Positions 44,648 through 54,138 of a DNA stretch of 64,000 bases are shown one piece after another (positions within the stretch are counted from its first letter, which is position 1; each line of letters opens with the position of its first letter). Origin of the DNA: Histomonas meleagridis 2922-C6/04-290x (taxonomy: Eukaryota; Protista; Parabasalia). The translations under genes were made by a program, and so were the position numbers. The stretch covers positions 248,001 through 312,000 of the forward strand of contig JAANOX010000245.1 of NCBI GenBank assembly GCA_020184695.1. The letters are read 5' to 3'. The notes beneath the pieces were generated by a model. That model ran no database searches, was not told the DNA's origin, and saw only the letters and a program-made list of their open reading frames with translations.

Positions 44648-47423
44648 AGTGGTACCGCGGCAGAAAACGGTTATTGACATTTTGGCCTCATGGCTAGTTA
44701 ACATAATATGATAAATTATATAAGCTTTATTTGGTAAAAACGTGCTTTTTCCCGAAATTCGTCCTGACAATTTTGTGATATTTTTATTTTTATACTTGAA
44801 ACGATACAATAGAAAATTGAACGCATTTTTCGGTTATAAAATTTGAAACTCTAGTAATGTCAAATTACTAAGGAAGCCCTAATTATCAAAAAAACAAGTA
44901 AAATATTAAAAATATTATGTTTTATACTATTGACTAAATGCTATTAATTGGATAATATTTGATTACCAGATAAAATTCCAGGAATATTAATAGTTTTACT
45001 GGGATCTTTTAATATTATTTGTGATATAATGCTTATAATCCATTTTAATCCAAATTTTAATTCATTATTTTTTTTAAATTCATCAAAACTATGAACCTTT
45101 GCAAAATTTTCAAGACTGTTTGCAATATCCCATGATGATACTTGTGAATCATCAGTTATTTCTTCAATATCATAATCGTTAATTGTTGTTCCAGCGATAT
45201 TCATTCTTGTTTTGATTGATGTATTTAAATTTAAATCATTCATGAATGTTACTGATATCGAACTTTTTGCGATATGGAATTTTATTTTGTTATGATCATC
45301 ATCATTTTCACACACCCTCCTAACATTTCCAAAAAAGTTTTCTAATGGATGTGATGAATGCCTTTCTGTTGCAAGATGATCTAAGCCTTGTTCAAGTAAC
45401 CAGCGAAAAGAAACTAAGGTATTTAATAATTTCATCAAATAATATTTTTCACCAAATGTTGAAATATGTTGACTACCTCTTTGAAAAACATTGGGAGGAT
45501 GTTTTTTGTCTTCCATATCTGATAATCTATTTCGGAATAAAAAAATAGCTATTTCTGACAATTTTAATTTTATTATAAAGAAAAGTCACTATTACGAAAT
45601 ATTTCTATAAATATAAAAAACACCAAAACATAAAATGAACCACTGTATTGTTCATCCATCAATAATTGACAAAAATTTTGACAAGTAAATAACCTAAGTG
45701 GATATGCATCTTTCATCATACCTATAGGAGAAGAATCTGTTAAAACTTTTCCCAAATTTGAATATTTTATAAATTTATTTATAGAAACAGTATCGACAAT
45801 ATTATTTGGATCTTTTGCGACAAAACGTTTTAATAATATCGCTTTTGACTGCATGAAGCATATCAAGAACCCAAAAATCTTTTATATGATTAGAAATTGC
45901 ATCCAATATATCACTTATTGATTCACAATTATTCCAAATCTTATAAGTTATTGAATGATATGAATTATATTTCAGTTCTCCATCAGCATTAAGAAATTTT
46001 ATTTGGATTCCATTATTTTCACATTGAAATATTATATATTGTAGTGTTTTTATGATTTCATCAGTAGGATGCCCATCTTCTGAAGGACATATATGTAAAA
46101 CCTTAGTTTTATAATATTTTTTGTAGGGATTTAACATTATTGCAAAGAAATTTGTAAATGATTTTGAATCATATTCTTCTTCTATTGGAATCTTCTCGTT
46201 GTTTTTTATACACTCTTCATATAATGCTTCAAAATTTTTAAATATTTCTTGGATATTTTTGTTATTTTCTTTAATATATGGTGTCAAAATCATTGAATGA
46301 AAAAGCTTTACAGCAGCATCAATACTTATACTTGAAATAATAAATAGATCTTATTTTTTTATTCCATTTTGATAAAAAAATTCCATTTATTTTATTATCA
46401 ATTTTATTCTTATCAACAAGATCATCAATTTCATTCTCAAGCATACCTTTAAAATGTTCTCTTAATGATGTTTGAGACGGAAGAGGAACAACTTGTCTCA
46501 TGTGATTATAAGCATTTGGCGATAAGGAATTTAAAATATATGCAAATTTATATATGTCAATGTCATAACTTTGTTTAGAAATATTTTTATATAGATTTGA
46601 ATGACAGATGGAGAGAAAATGTTGAGAAAATTCAAAATTTTTAACATTTGGTTTTGTTGGAATAGTTTTTGTAAATTGGTCTAAGTCGTTTTGTATCTTT
46701 TCTATATATGCACCTAATAATTCATATTTGGACTTTCATCAGTTATTTTCTTGCTCAAGATATAATTGCTTTTTTAAAATTGTATTTATATGTCTTTCAA
46801 TTCCTATAATTTGTTCCAGTTTCGATATTTCTCTTTGGTGTTGCGCCTTTAATGATCCAATTAATAAATTTAAGTTGTTTTTTTCTCCGAATTCAAAAAA
46901 AAATGGCTCAAAAAACCGTTTAAAAGCATATTAATACAAACAGACACTGTGAAAAAAATGCTTGAATTTGCATATAAAGAAATCAAAATTTTGGAAAATT
47001 GTCAGGATCATTTTTCGCGAAACCAAAATAAATCAAAATAATTGCTATTTTGGTCTATGATGTTAGATTCTTGAATTCTGCAGTCAATTTTTACGGCAGA
47101 AATACATGATGCAATATGTATGTCAAAAAAATAATTCTGATAAATTATCTCACTCAATAATTAATTTTTTCCATTTTACTTAGCACAGTGATAGATTCCA
47201 ATTATAGCATGGTTTATTTCATTAAAAAAAATTCACTTTTAATGAGATTTCAAAAAAATGATCAAAATCATTATTTCTTTAAAATTTCATCAAAATTTAA
47301 ATTTATGGTATACATATATATTATAATTATTTTATTTAAGATAAGTTTATTTTATAATTTATATCTTGAGATATTTATATTTTAAAATAATTTACGGTTT
47401 TGACATTCTGCCGCGGTACCTCT
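44648..47423 (-). mobile_element. P-element/THAP9-like DNA transposon (2776 bp) with TIRs and 8-bp TSD
   Basis: The left end AGTGGTACCGCGGCAGAA (44648-44665) and the right end (47406-47423, reverse complement AGAGGTACCGCGGCAGAA) match at 17 of 18 nt. The direct repeat ATTTTTGA flanks both ends (44640-44647 and 47424-47431). An internal 13-bp inverted pair lies at 44762-44774 and 46995-47007. Confidence 0.88.
44944..46900 (-). pseudogene. Fragmented P-type transposase
   Basis: LSPNAYNHMRQVVPLPSQTSLR, SIDA, FLNADG, DMLHAVK and SSHPLENFFGNVR lie in at least four frames or ORFs. They match the order of THAP9/P transposase motifs. The start is not determined. Confidence 0.8.
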
Positions 47424-47766
47424 ATTTTTGATGAAATTTCGAAATTCAGCAGAGAGATCTTCATGAGAACTTTTATTTTAATCTTAAAATGAACATTTTT
47501 GCGAAAAACTCTATTTGTACTCAGTAATAAAATAGATTTATTTTACATAATTTATAATCAATGAATTTATTATGGAAAATTGTTCAATTCCTTTAATGAT
47601 GAACCTTATTATGAAGCAAAGAGAACTTATGCTTAATTTTATTTTTTCAACAATAAATTTGGTGAATTTCATCAATTTAAAACATTTTGATTGATTTATA
47701 CAAAAGGTGACACCTGATTGTCTTTTAAAATTAATCAAAAAAATTACCTTCTGGTATAATTCAATT

Positions 47767-48846
47767 TTATTGGCACTCGGCTAGAAATGCATTTGCGCGT
47801 TCTTTTATTGTTGGAGCTGATGTTTCGACAAGGTTTTCAAGGATTGGTTTTAATTCGTATTGTCTCCTGAATGGGTGAATTGACTCGTGGTGCTTTTGGA
47901 GGAGCTCTATAGCCAATAGTACGACGTTATGTACAGGATCTCTCAACATACGGATCATTGGTTGGAATACATAATTTGATTGATACTGAACTGGGAAGAA
48001 TGACACCAATGCGGATATAGCGTAGAGGTAGGTCTCACGATGTAAAAAGTTTTGGGATTGTGCCAATTCTTGTAAACTTGATATCAATTTTGTCTTTAAC
48101 CATTCGTCACCAAAATGTGAAGCAAGGGTTGGAAGGGATGAAAGCGCAAACTCTCTGACCTTGTTGCAAGGGTCTTTGAGGAATTGCATCAAAAATTGGA
48201 AAAGATTCTGATCGAAAAATTCCGGAGTACAAACAATAGAAAGGCCTAAAATCAAATCAACAGCATTATTTCGAACTCTCCATTGAGTGTCAGTGAGCAT
48301 GTGATGAAGAGAGTTATATAATTTTTCAAATACGAAATCATATCCAAATTGATTAGTTAATTCCCTGATGTTAAGAGATGCAGCTACTCTGACGTCATCA
48401 TGGCGATCAGAAAGAAGCTTATCAATGAGTGGCACGATTTTTTCAAGAACAATTTCTTTGGCTGTTTCACCTTTCTCTTCTTTGGAATGGAGATGAAGAA
48501 CGTGAGCAAGAGCACAACGAACCTCAGCAACAGAATCGTTAGCGAGGGTATCGAGTGACTTTAGAAATATGTCTTGATCAGGAAGAGATTTGCGAATTTC
48601 TACAGAATTGTTAATAATGGCTATACGAACTTGAGGGTCAGGATCCGAAAGGAACTTCTGGTAATATGATGGGCAATAACATATAAGCTTAGCAGCGGCT
48701 TCACGAACTTCATGATTAAAATCTTCTGAAATTTTGCTAAAAATAGCTTCACGCTCACTTGCATCAACTGTTGGGATTTTCGAAACCGCGTCAATGCGAA
48801 CTAAAACATCTTCGTTTGATAGTGCCTCAAGGATTTGCGCTGACAT
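47767..48846 (-). CDS. HEAT-repeat protein, PP2A scaffold (A) subunit-like, short (359 aa)
   Basis: DDVRVAA, QWRVRNNAV, DPCNKVREFA, NFLHRETYL and DPVHNV HEAT motifs like the PP2A-A C-terminal half. Confidence 0.7.
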   Translation of the reverse strand: MSAQILEALSNEDVLVRIDAVSKIPTVDASEREAIFSKISEDFNHEVREAAAKLICYCPSYYQKFLSDPDPQVRIAIINNSVEIRKSLPDQDIFLKSLDTLANDSVAEVRCALAHVLHLHSKEEKGETAKEIVLEKIVPLIDKLLSDRHDDVRVAASLNIRELTNQFGYDFVFEKLYNSLHHMLTDTQWRVRNNAVDLILGLSIVCTPEFFDQNLFQFLMQFLKDPCNKVREFALSSLPTLASHFGDEWLKTKLISSLQELAQSQNFLHRETYLYAISALVSFFPVQYQSNYVFQPMIRMLRDPVHNVVLLAIELLQKHHESIHPFRRQYELKPILENLVETSAPTIKERANAFLAECQ

Positions 48847-49211
48847 TATTTGTACAAATATTTAAAAGTTTATTTTTTCATGTCACATTTCATATATCGG
48901 TTATTTCGTGCGTTTATCGTTCTTATTTTTTAATTTTGGCAGTTGGAGAAATGTATAACAAATATTTCTTTGTTTGCTGAATCAACAAAAGTGCCTGACA
49001 GATGCACATCCCATTTGTTCTCTTGAATGAGATACAATAAAATATAATTTTGATTCAATGTTAATTTATAAAAAAAGTTATATAAAAAGTCCAAAAGTAA
49101 AAATAATTTAGAAATGATTTTCTTATTCCAAAATAAGAACTTTTTATATATTCATATCAATATTATTTAAAAAACAGTTTATTGTTTCTTTAGAAGAGGA
49201 GTTTTAATTTT

Positions 49212-49500
49212 TCATTCGTCCAATAGCCCCATTTCAAGTGATGTACTTTTCGCGTTTTTCTTATTTTTATTTTTCTTAGAGCGAACAACCAAAATCGCCA
49301 TAATAGTAACTATCAAAGCGTCAGCAGCAGACACACTAACGATTATTAAAAGATTTTTTTTGTTGTTTTTATCATAATAAATTTTCTGTTGCAATTGTAA
49401 GTATTAGAGAATGTTATACTTTTTTGTAGGGATTCCAATTGATGGATCAATTGAAGACAAAATTCCTTCAAAGCATTAAGACTTGGAAGTATACTTGATT
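49212..49500 (-). pseudogene. Remnant TM plus basic tail of a surface-protein gene
   Basis: LLIIVSVSAADALIVTIMAILVV-RSKKNKNKK is preceded by an in-frame stop, and no ectodomain is present. Confidence 0.35.
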
Positions 49501-49740
49501 TGGAAAATGGTTTCCTTAACTGCTCATTTTAGATCATGTACACAAAAAACGACTGAGTGAGGTTTAAAATTTCGGAGTCGGTCTCTATGATTTGTAAGTT
49601 TTTGGGTTTGTTTCAAAAAAATAAAAAACTTTTTCGCCACTTTTTATTTTTTCAATGCCTATACAATAATTCACATCTTTATCTAAAAGTAACGAATACT
49701 ATTGGCGAGAACGTTATGAAATCAACCGTCAAATTACATA

Positions 49741-52700
49741 ATGCTTCTTCTTGTTTTGATTGGAATCAGAGCTGAATATGATTATTGCATTATCCCAGAT
49801 GACTTTGAGGGTCAGTGCCCAACTGGTTCTAAAAAAATCAATTCAATATCTTTAATTAATGAATCAGAAATTCAAAGCGAAACAATTTCATTATATATAA
49901 TCAATAATGAATCAACATCCTATGAAATAAACTTCCGTTTATTTGAAAAAACTTCATTTGATATCAAAGGAATTGGAAGTTCATTTCTCAAAATTTTAGA
50001 TATCAAAGAAAACATGACCTTAAATTTCGAAGAAATTATACTTGAATCAAGTGTTACAAATTGGGATCTTAGGTATCTTACATTTCGTCAAGTTCATCTT
50101 CCCTCTCATGATATTTCTTTAAAATGCGATACTTTAGATAGTGACTTCAGTTCTATATCCAATCTTAGCTCCATTCTTATATCCGACAGTATTTTTTATT
50201 TAACAAATGAATCATTTTATCCAACTTCCGATATCCATATCAATTTAACCAACACCACCAAAACCTATTATATTTATGGGTTTGCACATGACACCAATCT
50301 TTGTTTTGGTCCTATATCAGACACATTAACATTTCCAAATATCCCATACACGATTACAATATTCAAGACGCCAACTCGCGATAACAGAGTTGGTTTATTC
50401 CTCACTAATCCAGTTGGCCATGTTAATGTCAGTGATCCCAGCACGTATTTCATCAGCCTAATTCCATATTTGACCGTTTACATGTATGAAAACAGTGAAT
50501 TCACAATCCCTAATTACATTACACCAATCACTCGTGAAATGTTTTATTTTATTATCGAAGGCAATAGTACGCTTAATGTTAATGAGAATGGTCAATATAG
50601 TACAATCGAAGTTAGTGAAGCAACATTAAACATAAATTTAGTTTCGTTAAATTCACGAATTCGAACATTTTCATCCATCTTTAATAGTTATATTTATGTT
50701 TACACGACATTACAAACAACTTCGAAGTTATCATTATCAATTGACACTTCATTTATCTCTGCTGCAAAGCCACGTTTCGAAATGGAATGCCAAAACGAAA
50801 ACATTTCAATCACATTTACTGAAATTGGATTTGATGCTGATGAAGAAAACACCGAAATATTATTCTCAGGCAAAGCTAATTATATAATCACTAACACAAT
50901 CGAATTATATTCTGGTTTCGTACATTTTCATAATTTACATTTCGGAAGAATGTTCCAATTAGATTTCGTATTTACACTTGATATTATGGGATCAATTCGT
51001 GTCGACAAAACAAGTTTCATATCACAATACCCAAAAATTGAAATAATCACAAGTTACTTCGATGACTACATTCCAAGTGATGAACTTGTGGAACCGTTTT
51101 TGACGAAGCCGTTTAACATACTTGACTTAAACGGTTACAAGGGTAATATTGAATTCAATATACATTACCCTCAGTTTGCGAACGTTTACGGGTTTTGTAT
51201 CGACTTATCGTTGATGAATACAACGTACGATAAGGAAAGTGGCATAGTTTCATTCAAAATGATTGATTACCCATCTATAGTAGAGACGAAAATTCTGTAT
51301 GGTGATTATCATACAAAAGATGGTTATAAGTTATTTAATGAGAATAATTTCACAAATTGGAAAAATAGATTTAGAGATTTCACAAAGAAATTATTTGTTC
51401 ATTTGGACAAATCAATGAATAATAATTTGTTCTTTGATTTAAACGAGAAGAAAGGTGATGACTTTGTTGTCGTAGCTAGTAGTTATAATAATTATCAATT
51501 AAATATTGATGCTGAGGATTTGGGCAACAAGAATTCTTTGTTTGACATCGAATTAAATAATGTTGTGCTTCAAATCAAAAACGAAAAAGTTGGAATCAAA
51601 CCAAATATCAAAAAAGTGGCACTATACAACAACTCAATAATACACAAAAGTGTCGCAGAAAAAGTCGATTTCAGTAATGTGAATATTGAATTGGATATTG
51701 ACTCCCTTCAGAATTTTGAACTCGCGAATTCAATGAACACCGATTTGATTTTAATAGATTTACATAGCAATACAACAAAAATTGAATTCAATTCAAATAA
51801 TTGGGTGGTTTATGATGATGGTGTTAAAAAGGCTCAAATCTCAAATATAAATAATTATAATTTACAAAAAGCTTCAGCACTGGAAATACTATGCCATGGA
51901 AATACTTATAATAATGTTGATATTGATGCTTTAGGTTCATATTTTAATTTGAAAATTTCTGGTGACTGGAGTAAATATGATAAACAAGCAGTAACAATGG
52001 AAAACAAAAACATGAAGACATTTGATATTGACTTATATGGTAATATTGTTCCAATTTCATTAAATAATAATTACAAAGGTCTTAACATTAATTTAAGGCA
52101 ACAAAAAGAAGGTATCACTGAGGTCTATTTCCCAAGTAACTTAAGCTTCTTTGATGGCAGTACTTCATTTTATATATCGAATACAAGCTATCCAATTACA
52201 AATGTTTATTTTGACAACATTTCCATCAACGCCACCAAAAGTGATGTTGGCCATGATGAGTTCAATTTCATGGGCTCGAACTATTCTGTCAAAAGAATTG
52301 AAATTGATTCTGGATCAACAGCATTAATCACCAACATCAATGTCACTGAAAGCGTTGTGTTGAAATCTAACTCTTTTGGTGTCTTTTTGTTTTCAGATTT
52401 TCATAATACTTCTGTAACAATATATTTCAGCCAAGAAGGAGTTGGAAGTATGTATTTCGAAAATGAATCCTCATTACCTCAATCCTTTGACATTTATGGT
52501 GAGTCATATAAAACTAGTTCTGATTTGCCGTTTGTTTTTGGCTTCAGCAAAGCAACTTGCAGTGAAATTCTAAAAGTGTCAACTCTGCACAACGATAGAG
52601 TACTTGTTGACAACGTTACGAAAAGTGTCAAGCTTGAATGTAGCACAGGAAGTCTCTATTTGGTTGTTATAGATGACAAAAAGAAAGAAGGGATATCAAA

Positions 52701-52863
52701 CGTAACACTTATTTTGATCATTGTTTTTTCTTTAATTGCAGTGATGTTAATAGCTATTGCAATATCATATAGATTTGCAAAGAAGAAAAGATTTTTAAGA
52801 GAATTTTCGGATCGCGAAATGAAATCAGCTTCTCTACTGGAAGCAACATCATTCACTAATTGA
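49741..52863 (+). CDS. Single-pass membrane (putative surface/adhesin-like) protein, 1040 aa
   Basis: Short signal-like MLLLVLIG, a beta-rich ectodomain, and TM VTLILIIVFSLIAVMLIAIAI followed by a basic tail. Confidence 0.8.
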   Translation: MLLLVLIGIRAEYDYCIIPDDFEGQCPTGSKKINSISLINESEIQSETISLYIINNESTSYEINFRLFEKTSFDIKGIGSSFLKILDIKENMTLNFEEIILESSVTNWDLRYLTFRQVHLPSHDISLKCDTLDSDFSSISNLSSILISDSIFYLTNESFYPTSDIHINLTNTTKTYYIYGFAHDTNLCFGPISDTLTFPNIPYTITIFKTPTRDNRVGLFLTNPVGHVNVSDPSTYFISLIPYLTVYMYENSEFTIPNYITPITREMFYFIIEGNSTLNVNENGQYSTIEVSEATLNINLVSLNSRIRTFSSIFNSYIYVYTTLQTTSKLSLSIDTSFISAAKPRFEMECQNENISITFTEIGFDADEENTEILFSGKANYIITNTIELYSGFVHFHNLHFGRMFQLDFVFTLDIMGSIRVDKTSFISQYPKIEIITSYFDDYIPSDELVEPFLTKPFNILDLNGYKGNIEFNIHYPQFANVYGFCIDLSLMNTTYDKESGIVSFKMIDYPSIVETKILYGDYHTKDGYKLFNENNFTNWKNRFRDFTKKLFVHLDKSMNNNLFFDLNEKKGDDFVVVASSYNNYQLNIDAEDLGNKNSLFDIELNNVVLQIKNEKVGIKPNIKKVALYNNSIIHKSVAEKVDFSNVNIELDIDSLQNFELANSMNTDLILIDLHSNTTKIEFNSNNWVVYDDGVKKAQISNINNYNLQKASALEILCHGNTYNNVDIDALGSYFNLKISGDWSKYDKQAVTMENKNMKTFDIDLYGNIVPISLNNNYKGLNINLRQQKEGITEVYFPSNLSFFDGSTSFYISNTSYPITNVYFDNISINATKSDVGHDEFNFMGSNYSVKRIEIDSGSTALITNINVTESVVLKSNSFGVFLFSDFHNTSVTIYFSQEGVGSMYFENESSLPQSFDIYGESYKTSSDLPFVFGFSKATCSEILKVSTLHNDRVLVDNVTKSVKLECSTGSLYLVVIDDKKKEGISNVTLILIIVFSLIAVMLIAIAISYRFAKKKRFLREFSDREMKSASLLEATSFTN

Positions 52864-53091
52864 AGTATTAGTAAACAAATTTGTAAGATTTCAAATGCAT
52901 TTTGTGATTTTAATTTTTTTAAGTGCTTTTTTGTTATCGGGTTAAATCAATATAACAATTTTTGAAAAAATTGTTTTGCAATATGTAATAATATTATAAT
53001 AGAATCGTTATAAAAAAGAAAATCCAACAAATTCCTAAAAAAAAACACCAAATACTTTTTCATTATTGGTATGAGAAACAAGATAATACTG

Positions 53092-53116
53092 ATATATATA
53101 TATATATATATATATA
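53092..53116. repeat. (TA)n microsatellite
   Basis: About 12 TA units. Confidence 0.9.
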
Positions 53117-53178
53117 ATTTGAATATTCATGCATTAAGTGTGGAAATTTTGAATTATTTTCTTTTTTGGAATAAAAAA

Positions 53179-53387
53179 ATGAACATTGATTTATTATATT
53201 TAAAATTTGTTTTATAGATATTTAATTACAAAATAATATTTAATAATTATTTAAATTACTCAAAACAGCATTAATGTTTGCATCTGAATATAGTGTTCCG
53301 GAAATTATTAAATTACTTCTTGAGCAAAAAAAAATTATAGTTAATGTTAAAAAAAATAGCTGTCAACCAAATAAACGGTCGTTTTAA
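53179..53387 (+). pseudogene. Orphan single ankyrin unit that carries the same 4x(17+3) junction
   Basis: AAC|53185-201|AAA|53205-221|TTA|53225-241|AAT|53245-261|AAA|ACAGCATTA gives N-K-L-N-K-TALMFASEY...KLLLEQKK. No DUF3447 ORF lies upstream. Confidence 0.6.
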
Positions 53388-54138
53388 AACAAAAAATTAA
53401 TTTTTTTCATTTTCATCTGAATTAAATTTAAAGAAATTAAGAAAAGAAAATTATATATATCAAAATCAATAAAATTAATTTGATCAAATTTTGCCACATT
53501 ATTTTTTTATGATCAATATCGAAAATTTCAAAATGCTTTTTTGGACTTTCGAATTAAGAACAAAAGTTCAAATTCAAAATATAAATAGAACTAATAATAG
53601 TCAATATAAATTTTTTTCAATTTTTTTTAATCTTCATTTTGTTTTTAAGTTATACAAGATTTTCTCTATCTAATGACCAGAGCAAAAATTCAAAAATCTG
53701 TTTTGCAAATTTTCATAATTTATTTGTTATGTAAATAGGATAATTCTTGAAGCAATTTATTCATTATTGGATGCTCTGGACAAAGAAGAATGAATAACTT
53801 TTTGAATACATTGCGGTTACAAATCCATCAAGATTTGAATGAGTAGTCAAATTTAAATACTTTACAAAGAAAATTTGAGAGCAAAATGTCTATATTGAAG
53901 AAGATAGTAGAAATATATATTATTATATTGACGAAGATATTAGAAATCTATCATTACGATGTAAAAAATTAAATAGTTAGTGCTATATAATTTAATCAAG
54001 GAGATTATATGACATTATATGCTCCAATTGCAATAGTACATATCTGATAAGAGTGAGATTTCTATCGTTTAATTTTGGGGTGGCCGAACCGTCTCTCATA
54101 AACATTTTTTCACTTATCCGGTTACAATAATAAGATAA

